A stretch of DNA of 64,000 nt from Felis catus (GCF_018350175.1 NC_058369.1:22198001-22262000); one strand, 5' to 3'. Positions 13,330 to 26,725 are shown, numbered from the stretch's first letter. The notes: a model not told the origin generated them from the sequence alone. Numbers and translations: made by a program.

Positions 13330-13709
13330 TAACTCCATTTTCACCCAAGGATAGAATCTTGGGCAGAACCCAGGCCCTCAGCTCTTATTTCCTCAGAGCT
13401 GAGAGTCGGAGTCACACGTCCCCATGCTTAAAGAATCTCTGTGGTTAATTTTGGTGGCATAAAATAAATGATGCGTTCAATGCTGATGAGCTCTTGGATG
13501 AGAATTTTAATAAGATGATCCATGTAATAAACCCAGTGCACTGGGGTGGACAGGGAGCTCTGAGGATGGGTTGTGCTGTGGTCTCACTGTTAGGGTTGTT
13601 TCCAATTAAATTCCGTCCTTCATCAGGCCACTGTTGATTCAGAATCTGGATTAGCATTTTTATACATAGCAATATGGTTACTTGGGTTCTCATGTTTTCT
13701 TCTGTGTAG

Positions 13710-13779
13710 AAAAGAGAGCCTGGAGAATAAAAAGAACAACAAACCAGAGGTCAACCAGATAGCCAACAGTGACAATAAG
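13710..13779 (+). CDS. CACNA1D: CACNA1D exon 18 ([23 protein letters not shown])
   Basis: gtgtag / AAG|gtatct, 70 nt. Confidence 0.94.
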
Positions 13780-14642
13780 GTATCTGTCCTAAAACAGTTC
13801 TCCTCTTTTTGTTTCACTATGGGTCTGTTGATATCATCATAAATGTACCATTTACACTGGGAAGGTATCATGCATGATATTTTGGTGTGAGGGTATGACA
13901 CACATTATAGATGCTGGCTTCCCAGGGGGATTCTCAGTGAATTTAGGCAGCTAGCTGGTTATTAATCAATATTTCACCAAATAACTGGTATGGTAAATAT
14001 TTGACTGGTGGGACTACTTATTTTTTCTTTATTGGAATTGTGTCACCAGACCTGACCTGTTATATCTTCTCAGTGGGGATTAAAATCAAGGATGTTAACA
14101 GATGTCTACCTCCAGAAGGGATCTTAGGATCTGGTTCTGGGTACTCAGGGCTGTAGTGTCAGACTTCATCCCACTCATGACAGCTCTGGATTTTTTATTC
14201 CTTTGTTTGTTCCGCGAGTCAATAAATACTTACTGAGTGGTTAATGTGTGGCAGATACTGGAAATCAGCAATGAACAAGACCAGTGAGGTCCCTCTGTGC
14301 ATGGAGCTCACATTCTAGCAGGGAGACAGGACCTCGCAGTTACCATACAGTGTGTAGGACAGTGTTGAGTGGGGAGGCGCATGGATGGCGGTGCTGGCTA
14401 ACCATGGCTGGATAGAAGTTATACCCGTTTTCTCCTCATTTGCCCTCAGAGCTGTGTCTTAAGCAGAATCATCGACGGGGACACTTGCTGTCCCTATGCA
14501 CGCACGCACTTCTGTGCAATGTGCACTTTGGAGAGAGTTTCTCTCCCTGCACTGAATGGCAGGGTCGAGTCTGTACTTTGGTCCTCTGCGGTGCATTGAA
14601 GTCAGAGTCTCCCCTCCTCCCAAGCCCTCTCTGTCATCGTAG

Positions 14643-14750
<108 letters not shown>

Positions 14751-15400
14751 TGATACGGCTTTGCTACCACTCAGTGATCAGAGGCTCAGTCTCTGGCTGG
14801 CTAGCCCAGCTGGGGTGCATGGTGAGCAGCGAGGCTGCCGAGGCTGTGGGCCTCATCCTTGTGGCTGTGGAGCAGTCAACCCTGCTGCTTTCCTCGGTCA
14901 CCCAGGTAGCTTGCATAACTCAAATTCCAGGTGGTGGGGAGAGAAAGTGTGAGTGGATCAGGGCAAGCCCCACCTCTGGTGGGAAATCTCTCTAGGAGGC
15001 AACCAGCCATTACTACTGTTGTTATTACTGCCCACCTGTCCCTTTCACATTTGCTGGTGCCTTACCTTTATTGGCTGATGTAGCAGGGACTCTGGGGGCG
15101 GGGGTGCCAGTGGGGTGGAGGACACTGATCGTGTGTGGCTTGAAGCCCCACACACAGTTTTCCAGGCAGAAGCTGAGCAAAGCTACTGGGGAAACAGCCG
15201 GATGCTGGGAGTACTGCACTGATACCTTTCACCTTTGCTCAGGCCTGGACTTGCCGGGCCCTCCTTCCCAGAACTGCATGCACTCACAGACGGGCACACT
15301 TCTCGGCCCCCCACAGGCACTCAGGCCACATTCTGAAGGGTTTTGACCAATGTAAGGCGATAGATGTGAAAGTTGACTCTTCACGTGAAATTTAGAATAA

Positions 15401-15607
<207 letters not shown>

Positions 15608-16743
15608 TAAATACCTGCTTTCTGATTTCATTGTTGCCGTGTCTCACCTGTCCCCCTACAGATTGCTTGAGGGGGGCTGGAGGTGGGGAGAAGGAGGGTG
15701 GGTCACAGCCCCTTTCTGTGCCTGTGCCTCCGAGCCCCTGAGTCCTCGCTGACCCCTCTCTTGTTCCAGCTTGCCTTTGCCCTCTGCCCATCTCTCCCTG
15801 GCCGCCTCGTTCCTGGCTATTATAGGTATATGGCCAGGTCCTGGGAGGATGCCATCCCAGATTCTCCTCCTCCTTAGTCCCTGTACTGGTCAGAGCCCAC
15901 AGCTCAGGTGTCCACGGGTTGCTACCTGTGAGGCGTTTCCCATCCAGAGGACCCTTTCTTCATGAGTGGGTCTTCTGTTAAGATGCGTTGGGGATGAGAA
16001 TTTTGCAACCAAGTTCTCCACAGCATCTTCATCCTGAGATCCAGATTAGTTGATCACTTTTCCCTATTGAGTTTGATGGCAACAAAGTGATATCGCTCGA
16101 TGATATTTTATAGGTGGTAGCTATTCAGCTCCATGCTATCCTGCTTAAAGTAGCATTTCTCGTGGTAAAACGATAAGGTGCTCACTGGGAGCCCGGCACT
16201 GCAAGTGCGGTAAGAAGACAATGTTTATTAGTAGCCAGTTTCTAGGTTTTCAATCATCTGAGATAGATGGCATCCCTGGGGGAATGAATGGCTCCTGGAA
16301 GGGTTTCTAGAATTGCAGAAGCAGTCCTTGGCTGTCAGAGAAGAACCCTATGGAATTCACAGTCCCCAGGGAGACACAGATGGGAAGAGAGGCTGCTGTC
16401 CTTAGTGACTTGAGGATCTGATGGTAGTTTTTACAGTGTGTCACTGTAGAGAATTTGGGTGTCTCTTTTTAAAAAAAGGTACTCACCTGACGTTACTGAT
16501 GCCTACGGCTCACTGGGTCTACATATATTAAAGGAATGGACTGATTTCCCCCCCCCCCCCCCCCAGAGCTGTGAACACTCCTGCCCTCCCTGCCTTGGAA
16601 GGTTCTCCCCAGACTCACCTGCTAACAGCTTGCAAGCCCTCCAAGGGCACATCCCAGCATGAAGCAGCCCCACAAGGGAGGATTTGAAGAAAGGGGTCAG
16701 TTTCTCATAAAGTTGACTCCAGTTTTGAAAGTGAAAAAGGACA

Positions 16744-16942
16744 GGGCACCTGGGTGGCTCAGTCAGTTAAGTATCCGACTTTGGTTCAGGTCGTGATCTC
16801 ACGGCTCGTGAGTTCAAGCCCCACGTTGGACTCTGTGCTGACAGTTCAGAGCCTGGAGCCTGCTTCCGATTCTGTGTCTCCCTTCTCTCTGCCCCTCCCC
16901 TGCTCACGCTCTGTTTCTCTCTCAAAAATAAATATTAAAAAA
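16744..16942 (+). mobile_element. CAN-SINE
   Basis: gggcacctgggtggctcagtcagttaag head, (CT)n region, aaaataaa A-tail. Confidence 0.92.
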
Positions 16943-17007
16943 AATTACAAAGGAAAATAATTTCAAGGGGAAGATATATGTATTCTATAGGCCAAAAATA
17001 AAGTCTT

Positions 17008-17058
17008 TTAAATTCTAAAGTCAGGTGTTGAGGTTAAATTCTAAAGTCAGGTGTTGAG
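17008..17058 (+). repeat. Tandem duplication of a 25-nt unit
   Basis: ttaaattctaaagtcaggtgttgag at 17008-17032 and 17034-17058. Confidence 0.9.
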
Positions 17059-17344
17059 TCTGGCGCTAACTAGCCTGTGGGACATCAGACAACGGCAGGA
17101 CGCTGAGGACCATGACATGGTATGTAAGATCCCCGCACGATTCTTGCACGGTGCAGCTTTCTCTTCACTTTCTTGGGAGTGCTTGTGGGTCAACTCCAGA
17201 GTTTAAAAACAAAAACCTACTTAGGACAGAATCTCCCCATAACAGGAGGTTTTACCAAACCCATGACTACTGTAGTCCTTTTCATACAGCCAGGTGACAG
17301 CATTAGAAAGGGGTTGCTCTCCTTCCTCTTTAATTTGTATTTAT

Positions 17345-17537
17345 TTTTTCATTTTTAAGCTTATTTACTTTGAAAGAGAGAGAGAGAGAGTGGGAAGGGG
17401 CAGAGGGAGAGAGGGAGAGAGAGAATTCCAAGCAGGCTCCACATGGACAGCATAGAGCCCGACGTGGGGCTTGAACTTACGACTTGAGCTGAAACCAAGA
17501 GTCGGATGCTCAACTGACTGAGCCACCCAAGGGCCCC
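17345..17537 (-). mobile_element. CAN-SINE
   Basis: antisense SINE body ending actgagccacccaagggcccc. Confidence 0.88.
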
Positions 17538-17539
17538 TT

Positions 17540-17780
17540 AATTTTTATTTTTAACTGAAGCACAGTTGACGTACAGCATCATATTGGTTTCAGGCACACA
17601 ACATAGCAATCTGACCGGTCTGTGTGTTACACAGCATTCGCCACGAAAAGCGTGGTCGCCGTACAACGTCATTGCAATAGTATTGATGATATTCCCTATG
17701 CTGTACTTTTCATCCCTGTGACTTGTTTCTTTTATAACTGGAAGTCTGTACCTCTGGACCCCCTTTACCCATTGCTCTCA
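17540..17780 (-). mobile_element. LINE-1 3' end fragment (carnivore L1-like), antisense
   Basis: ttttaactgaagcacagttgac...tttcaggcacacaacatag...ttccctatgctgtacttttcatccc. Confidence 0.65.
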
Positions 17781-18077
17781 TTCTTGTGAGCTGCGGCAGT
17801 GAGCTCTGAGCTCAGATTCCTTCCAAAGGTAGGCAAAGGAAGCCACTGGGCTTCATGTCATGGTGGGAAAGCGTCACAGTCGACCTGGATTGGAAATCTC
17901 CCTCAGTCTTTACTAGCCTTAAGACCTCTCACATGCTTAAGCCTCAGTTTCCCCACTTGTAGCAGGATGATAATCCCCACTTTTAAGGACGTGATGAATG
18001 CTGTGTATGGAGCCCCTCCTCCCCCCACAGAGCTGTGGCACTGTGGGTCCTCAGGGTCTGCCTTCCACGACTTTTGA

Positions 18078-18362
<285 letters not shown>

Positions 18363-19857
18363 TGAGCAGGGCCAGGCGGGCGGGTCTCCCTCTGGGATCA
18401 GCACCCGTCTCTCTAGCAGGGACTGTCACGCAGGCAGGGCTAAACGTTAGAGGAGGCCTCTCGTTCCCCCAGGGGTATTTCAGGTTTGTGAGTGCCAGAA
18501 GAGTTTTGTCTTATCAGGACAGACCTTTTTTGAATCCTGTCCTCTAAACTTCATCTTAAACACTCTGCAGCAACTTCTAGTGTATTCAGGAGCCCTGCTT
18601 CTCCTCCCGTTCGTCCTTTACTGCCAACATTTTGGTCCCTGTTTTCCCTTCCCTGGTCACATTCACATCCGTGCCTGTTTTGAGATTTCTGCCCAGGTGG
18701 AAGCATCCAGCAGGAAGGAAAAGTAAAAATGGAGCCAGGTACGTCATGTGCCCAGAAGCTCTTCCTTAGGGCTGGCGGGAAGGCGTGGAGCCCGCCTAGG
18801 CTGAAATTCACAAAGCTACTTGGTTTCGCTACTCAGCGGAGGGGTTGGGTGGAGTGGGGGGGATACAAGTGAGGGAGCCGACGGCGTGTGGAGCCAAGTG
18901 GTTCAGTGGAGAGGAAGGCTGGCGTTTTGATAGGGCAGGAGGTGGTTTTACAAAGAAAACAAAGAGACAGCTAAGTTGTCTGTTATCGGTCTGTTTCGTG
19001 CTTTAGGGAGAGCACATCTGTGCTGCGCAGAGACCGGTACCTCAGGAAGTTCTTGCCCAGGTGGGTCCCCTCTTAGCAGTCAGCTCATTCGGCACCGAGA
19101 ACAATCCCGAGGCGACACAGCTTCAGAAGACCAGTAGACTGTTGTCTGCTCTGGCCTGGAGACTGTAGTGCAGTCTCAGGTGGTTGTCAAGAAGCCCAGG
19201 AGAGGGAGGCCCACGAGTGTGTGAAGCCGTCCGGCATTGCTGCCCCTTGTGGTTCGTGCCTCTCTGTGTCCATCCGATTTTTAGAAATTTGAGGAGTAAG
19301 GCAAATTACCAGTACCCCAGGATTTTGGTTGTGACAGTCAGGCCTTGTGCTCTATCTTTTCGTTTCCAGTCCCGTTGGTTTGAAGCCTGGCAGGCCCAAT
19401 GTATCAGGCTGATAAAACACGGGCGCTCTGATATGCAGATTTTAAAAAGACTTTCCTCCCAAGGCACATGTTGGTGTTGATGTAAAGACGAAGGCTGTGC
19501 ATCTGTTTGAATCTGCACTCACAGATCAGGGCTCTTGTTAGAGATTCTGACACTGTCTCTACATAAGCGTTCAAATGGAACAAAGACCTCGGTGTCCTCA
19601 GGCCCCATCATAGAAATGAGGCACAGCGGGTAGAAGCTGTTTGGGAAAAAAATACTGTTATTGAGAGACGAGGTCAGGAGCTAGTCTAGAACACAGATTG
19701 GCAGAGTTAATTTACACGTGGCCCCGCCCGTGTTCTTATTTTTATTGTAATTGCTTCCCCATGAGTTTATGTCCCTGCTGCTTTTTCCAAGAATGTTATT
19801 ATTGTTTTTAAACAGATGTACATATTTGTATGTGTATTGCTTTTAAAATACTACAGT

Positions 19858-20115
19858 GTTTATTTTATTGTGGTAAGAATGCTTAATGTGAGATCTACTC
19901 TCTTGATAAATTAAGTGTACAAGACGGCCTTCTTAACGGTAGGGACTATGTTGTACAGCAGGTCTCCAGAACTTACTCATCTTGCATGACTGAAACTCTA
20001 TCTCCGTTGGCCATCTCCCCATTTCTCCCTCCCCCAGCCCCTGACAACCTCCATTCTACCTTCTGTCTAAGGGGTTGACTACTTTAGATACCCCATGTAA
20101 GTGGACTCATGCGGT
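19858..20115 (-). mobile_element. LINE-1 (L1MA/MB-type) 3' end, antisense
   Basis: ttattgtggtaagaa...tgagatctactctc...ctccagaacttactcatcttgcat...cccctgacaacctccattctac. Confidence 0.7.
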
Positions 20116-21626
20116 GGCTTCTCCGTGGTTGTTGTGTTAACTTAGCTAAGTTATTAGTGGAAGAGGAGTGAATGGAGAAAGAATAACCTGAATCTAAGAG
20201 CTTTGACCTCTGGCACTGGGTCGAGTTGCTGACATGTGGGCAGCGGTGTCTGTCTTGGCTACACGCGTGCTTTTGACATGAACAGTCCTGCCGTGACCTC
20301 GGATGGGGGAAGGGGCAGAGGCTGGCCGTGTACTGGAAATACCTTTCGTTGCCTGGCTAGAATCACAAATACACAACAGGCTTCCAGCAAAATCTGTAAA
20401 TCTCAGAACGGAAGTGGTTTGAATAATGAATGCCCTCTGGAGAACTTCCTTGGAGAAGAGCTGGCCTTTGCTGTAGGTCCGTCTCCTTACTGTGATGGAG
20501 AGTAAAGGACTCCCCTGGGCTGGATCCCACACTCAAGTAACAGGGTCCGGGGCTCACTCCCTGCCCAGCCACACCGTGACTGGCTGTGCGACCTGAGCAG
20601 CCTGCCCGCTGACACTCCCACAGTATCCTCTTCTGTTACATGAAGAGAGTTGGTCTGGGGGTCTCTCCACGGTCCCTTCAGCTCTGATCTTGGCCTCTGC
20701 AACTGGCAGAGTCTTGGCTGCCATCTTTGTGGCTGAGGGTTCCCCGTGAGCAACCTCCGTTGAGCGGTCAGACTCTTGGTTGCTGGCCCCCCTGCCCCAC
20801 CCACCTACCTGCCCCCATGGCTCTGAGAAGCAGCAGGGACCCCCAAAGGGTTCCCTGAGCAGGACTCAGTTGGAGGGTAGATGATATTTTCAGGAATACT
20901 GATAAAAGCAGCCTGGACCGATTATTCAAAGGCCAGGTCAGTCTGTTCTTTGAGTGGGCCAAGCTAGGTAAAAAACAAAAACCCAGTGTTTGGAGAGAGC
21001 AGTGTTAGATGCAGAGCAGGACCATAAGTAGAACTCTTCTCTGAGGACTTATTCAGCCCTGCACACAGGTGACGGAGGGGCATTTCCACCCTGTTTTCAC
21101 GGGCTGGAATCGGAAGGGGCATGTGGAAACTTCTGGCCCTGTTGGATGCCACTTAACATCTTTATTTACATTTTTCCACCAAACTGAAGCTCAGCTATAT
21201 GGTGAAATATGACACCATATTTCATTCTTCTAAGAACTCCCTTTAAAAATCTGAAACGTGTATAAGGCTCCGGTTTATCTGGTGTCACAAGTTTGTCCAT
21301 GTTGTGCGCTGATGAGCAGAGGTTATTAACAAAGCGCTTTTAGAAATGAGCTTCTGTCTGTCCATGACACGAGACAGGGAGGAGAGTCCGCATGAGTGGT
21401 GAAAGGAGGTAAGTGTCCCCAGATGCTCTTTCTCGGTCACAAAGAAGAGCTGTCACTGGGCCGGGTGGGGCATTTATAAGCGTCTCTGCACCTGCCTCCA
21501 GAGCGGCAGGCTTATCTCAGGGGAGCGGGTGTCTGACTGCAGGTGGGGGTTCTGCCCATGGGCGCGCACGCTGTTGGAGTTCATCCCGATGCCTTTTTCT
21601 CATTTCCAACGTGTTGTACCTTGCAG

Positions 21627-21686
21627 ATACTGGGTTACTTTGACTATGCTTTCACAGCCATCTTTACAGTTGAAATCCTGTTAAAG
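21627..21686 (+). CDS. CACNA1D: CACNA1D exon 22, upstream member of the mutually exclusive IIIS2 pair ([20 protein letters not shown])
   Basis: ttgcag / AAG|gtaacg, 60 nt. Confidence 0.96.
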
Positions 21687-21766
21687 GTAACGGCTTTTTC
21701 ATTGATCCTCACGTACTCTAAAGCAGCTGTAGCAATAATAGTTGCAATTCTTTGTTTACTTTCCAG

Positions 21767-21826
21767 ATGCTAGGTTACGCAGATTATGTCTTCACTGGTA
21801 CTTTTGCATTTGAGATCGTTTTGAAG
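21767..21826 (+). CDS. CACNA1D: CACNA1D alternative exon 22', downstream member of the IIIS2 pair ([20 protein letters not shown])
   Basis: ttccag / AAG|gtaaca, 60 nt, paralogous to the upstream exon; not in ORF track. Confidence 0.92.
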
Positions 21827-23420
21827 GTAACAGGTCCCACAGCAGTGTGTCGAAGGGGCCTGCTCCTGTGTGACACACGGCAAAGAAGCGTGAAGTGCTT
21901 TTGACTATTTTTTTTATTTTTTGCCTTCTGTGATCAAGCTACACTTTTTTTTGTAAACCAAAGGATTTTTTTTGTTCCTGTAACCATTCAACATGTTTTT
22001 GCTGTTTCTTTTTAACCTTTAAATGCATGTAGGAACTTCTTTGGCTTCATAATAATGACTGGAAATTATTTTGCTCCTTTTAAAATATATCCTCTGAAAT
22101 GTGTCATCTGACAACAGACACATCACTATGTGTGAACCTTCTTCCACCTTTCCTGACCTCAAAGTCAGAGGAAAAGCATTTATCCTATGAAGGGAATGTA
22201 TCTCCTTTCATTTCTTTGATGGAATGGTTTTCAGTGGCCTAAAATAGTAACACACTATTTTCTTGCAATGGGATTTGCAAGATAACCTATTTGTGTTAAG
22301 ATATTTGATACGCTTTAATGGATGGGCTTACATTTACACAAACAAAGGAGCACCCTTTGGACAGGGCGCCCTAAATGTACTGCCCATGCATGAGCTCACA
22401 GTTGCCATTGCTGCATGGTTTGTGTACAGATTGCGAAGGCCACCCGGGCCCGGCTCGTTCCCCGCGCGTGCCGAGGTCTGGAGACCCGCAGCAGAGAGCC
22501 AGGAACACCCCTGACGTGCTAAGTGGCATGGGTCACTGCAGGACCGGGACAGTGTGGCCCGTGACAACTGTCAGAGCAACTGTGTCCCAATGGGGAGACA
22601 AGATGAGGAATTTTCACCACAATTTCCTTTAAACCAATTTTGGGTTTTTACGTGTGCATCTCAGGAAAAAGAAATGTATTTCGTGTTCGACTACTGTAGA
22701 ACTTGGGCTCTTTACAAAATATTTTATGAAACGAAACCTCGATGAGCTTTGCCAGGGAATGGGGTACTTAGAGTTCCTTTTATTTTCAATTAATAAAAAC
22801 ATTAGCACAAAACCAGCCAGTCTCTGTTTAAACCTTTGTTAAAAAATCTAAAAATTCACATTCACTTTCCTGCCTTTAAGCCAGTGAATGTGGCCGACAG
22901 TTGTCTCCTAAGTGGGTGCGGGGGTTAGCTGAATCTAACAGGGCCTCCGTCATAAGGAATACGCACGTAATGCACAGGGGGTGGGGTCAAGCATACTCAC
23001 CCTGCCTCTACTTCATCCTGAGCTGTCTTTTTTTTTTTTTTCCTTATAATTTGCCGCCTTCTCTTCAAACTGAATGGGGAACATGAGCCACTTAATCTGT
23101 TAGCTCAGCTCATCGAGGTTTTATTCTACTTCCCACATGTCTAAGTTGTTAAATGATTATCATCATTCGTGGGCTTTGGGGCCAATGAGATACAGGGTTA
23201 TTTAAAAGAAACAAAAAAACCATTGTTGCTTTTAAATTTCTGCATATTTGCCTCAGTGACTTAAGTATTCTGAGTTTTCTTCATTTAAAACCTGTGTGAG
23301 AGGGTGGGAAACAAGCTTAGAAACCAGAAGGATTCAGACAATGGAGACTCGCCGAGAAGCATCTAGCATCTGAAGCGGTGGTTCCTGCTGGCCGTGGGAA
23401 CACTGGCAAGGCTATATGGC

Positions 23421-23502
23421 TATTCGGTTGAACCACAGCAAACTGCCATTTGTGTAGGTCAAGAATGGTGGTGTGTTGGCGATTTTATATGGTTCAGTGT
23501 AA
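23421..23502. mobile_element. MADE2-like miniature mariner element (~80 bp)
   Basis: degenerate terminal inverted repeats tattcggttgaacca... / ...atatggttcagtgta. Confidence 0.6.
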
Positions 23503-23555
23503 CTGTTTCATGACTCTGGCCCTCCTGTTCTATACACCCCTGAGCCTCCTTCATC

Positions 23556-23581
23556 TTTTTTTTTTTTAATGTTTATTTATT

Positions 23582-23624
<43 letters not shown>

Positions 23625-23787
23625 GTGGGGGAGGGGAAGAAGAGAGAGAGGGAGACACAGAATCCGAAGCAGGCTCCAGGCTCTGAGCTGTCAGCACGAG
23701 CCCGACACGGAGCTCGAACTCGGCAACAGCAAGATCATGGCCTGAGCCGAAGTTGGATGCCCAACTGACTGAGCCACCCAGACGCCC
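23556..23787 (-). mobile_element. CAN-SINE with expanded (GA)n
   Basis: antisense SINE body with about 18 GA repeats. Confidence 0.92.
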
Positions 23788-24042
23788 TCCCCCCTCCTTT
23801 TTTTTTTTTTTTTTTTTTAGCACACAATGAACCCTGTGTACTTTGCTGTTTTTGCTCTGGGAACGTCCTCACTAAACTCCTTTGTGCATCGCCAGTAGGC
23901 ACCTTTCTGGGGCACCTGAGGTGGTGCTCTGGGTGCACATGACATTGACTGCAAAGCAGGGCAACTGCCCTGGGGAGAGGCCTATGACAGCTTCCTGGCC
24001 ACACCTTGCATGTGCTGGAGTCACTGGGCTTGGAAGCACCAC

Positions 24043-24483
24043 TTTTTTTTTTAAACATTATTTTTGAGGGGCGCCTGGGTGGCGCAGTCGGTTAAGCGTC
24101 CGACTTCAGCCAGGTCACGATCTCACGGTCCGGGAGTTCGAGCCCCGCGTCAGGCTCTGGGCTGATGGCTCAGAGCCTGGAGCCTGTTTCCGATTCTGTG
24201 TCTCCCTCTCTCTCTACCCCTCCCCCGTTCATGCTCTGTCTCTCTCTGTCCCAAAAATAAATAAACGTTGAAAAAAAAAATTTAAACATTATTTTTGAGA
24301 GACAAAGAGCGTGAGCAGGGAAGGGACAGAGAGAGAGGGAGACACAGAATCCGAAGCAGGCTCCAGGCTCTGATCCGTCAGCATAGAGCCCGACACAGGG
24401 CTCAAACCCACGAATCCTGAAATCGTGACCTGAGCTTAAGTCAAATGCTTAACCGACTGAGCTCCCCCCCCCCCAGGTGCCCC
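24043..24483 (-). mobile_element. Older CAN-SINE interrupted by a younger SINE
   Basis: poly-T at 24043, body resumes at 24299; TSD gaagcacc at 24033-24040 and 24485-24492. Confidence 0.85.
24068..24280 (+). mobile_element. Young feline-type CAN-SINE, nested insertion
   Basis: CpG-rich ggggcgcctgggtggcgcagtcggttaagcgtccgac head, intact A-tail, 18-nt TSD tttaaacattatttttga at 24050-24067 and 24281-24298. Confidence 0.95.
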
Positions 24484-25010
24484 AGAAGCACCGTGTAAAC
24501 TGGATGTCTTGCTGGAGGACCATTAGCAGCAGGCAGGAGCCTAAACAATGTGAGTCTCTGTGAACAGAGCCTATGAGCTTTGGGCTCCAGCACTTTCGCT
24601 AGCCACACTGTGAAGGCACGCTGGGGTCAGTGATGTAGGTTCTCCTGGGGCCTCAGGGGCCAGAGCCGGCCTTTTGTGGGGCAGCCAAGTTACCTGATGA
24701 GCAGGGCCATGCGGACACTCCTGGGACAGGCTCTTTGGACCTGCCCACGTTGGATTCCTACTTGCAGTTTACCATCACTGATATGAAGTCTAGACTGGTC
24801 TCCTCTGAAATGTGTCTGAAATCTGCTGCCCCATTTCCATTATTGAACCAATATCTGGTTGCTCAGCCCTGCTGGTTTATATGTCTGGCTTCCTAATGCA
24901 TGCTTGTTAATAAAGTACTTTCCTGGAGGTTTTGTAAAGAGCCCAGGTTTCTTTTCTTCTGGAGAGAAAGAAAAAAAAACACAGTAAATCACTCATGATT
25001 CTGTTAATAG

Positions 25011-25118
<108 letters not shown>

Positions 25119-26480
25119 TAAGTATTCTGGGGTAGGCGTGAGTGTGTGAGCACAGGACTCTTGGGCAGGATGGTTTCTGTGAGGGATTTTAACATAATTC
25201 ATAAAGGCTAGGCATCACTTCAACAAGTGCATTCAGTAACCCCGGAAAGCCCGATTTGTGTGCATGCCAGAGGGCATTGGCACTGTTCGTGTTTCTTGTG
25301 TTTCTCCTTCTCTCCATGCCCCCTGCCAGGTTGGGCATATTACTGTCTGTGATATTTGCTTTCAACAGAGAAGTCTGAACTGGGAGAGAGGGAAGCACGG
25401 TTCTAGTTCAGCTTCCTCCCGGGCATCATGTAGTCCTCTCAAAGGACTACAGTTCTCATACAAGAGGGGGCCTCTGGGGGAACTTTCAGATTGGATATTA
25501 AAGGCTTCCTCCCTTGATCTCCAGGATATAGCAGCTGCCATGACCCCTTTCTTTTGTCTTCTACAAGTTTCAGCTAGAAGGGGGCCGAGGCTACAACTCA
25601 GGGCCCCAGGGCCTTTCCATGGCCTTTACCAATGTCTGGTGGGGAATAGCCCCAGCTGCAAGCTGCCTGCCTGCTGTACCTCAGGGGTCTGGGGCAGAAG
25701 TTCCCGTAGGAATGTCCCGCCGTGGTCTTGCTTTCCTGCTGACTTACAAGTACCTGTGCTCAGGTGCTGGCCATCAGTACCCCCTATGAGGAAACATGCT
25801 CACCTACTACCTCCGAGCTCAAGTTAAATGGGGAGGCTGCATCCCCCTCAGAAGACCGAGGACCCCTGCCTGAGATGGCCCTCTGTGCTGGTCCTCACCT
25901 CCCACCACTGCCCAGGGGGAGGGAGGCAGCAGTCGCAGCTAGAGAGAGGGTGTTCTCACAGCATCTTTGCAGGCCCCGTAAATGCCAGGCTGTGTCTGCC
26001 CTCTGCCTCCCGAGCACGTGCTCCAGCCGCCTGTGGGGCTGCGTGAGCCGTGTTCTCCCGTCTGCCCTGGGGCACCCCCCGCCTTTGTCCAGCTGACCCC
26101 TGGACTCACATGGCTACCATGTCCCCAGCTCCCGGAGGATGTGCTCTCCTGGCAGCCTGTCCTGCATCCCCTCCGTTGTCAGCCCCACCACACAGGTGGT
26201 GATTGCGTCCCACCCAACAGCGAATTCCGCAGAGGCCAGAGAAGCCCCCCGCACAGGGCACCACAGCTGCTCTCCCACCTCCGAGAGCAAACCCGAACAA
26301 ACAAACCTGCAGCCTGAAAGCCAAGGACTGCCTAGCATTTACATTGAGCAAAAAGGACAAAGGAAATTGCTAAATTGTGCCTCTGCTGCCTTAGCTCCGC
26401 GCCCCAGTCAGGGCCTCTGTGAGTCCCATGGGCCTGGCCCAGGAGGGGCCGTGAGTGTGGGCTGGATGGAGAAAGACCTA

Positions 26481-26490
26481 TGTGTGTGTG

Positions 26491-26553
<63 letters not shown>

Positions 26554-26585
26554 GCGCGCGCGCGCGCGCGCGCGCGCGCGCGCGC
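26481..26585 (+). repeat. Compound microsatellite (TG)n(AG)11(CG)15
   Basis: directly visible; perfect CG run at 26555-26584. Confidence 0.97.
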
Positions 26586-26725
26586 TGGGGGGAGGGGCAC
26601 TGGGGGGGAGGTGAGCTCAGCCCCACACGGGGCATGGTCCTGCAGTGAAGGCCATGTGAAATAATTCCAAAGTATTTTATCTGACTGCAATACACTCTGC
26701 CTTCCTTCTTTGCTCTTTTCCTTAG

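Noticed and set aside
24068..24150. tRNA-like A/B box sequence
   Set aside because: Head of a tRNA-derived CAN-SINE, not a tRNA gene
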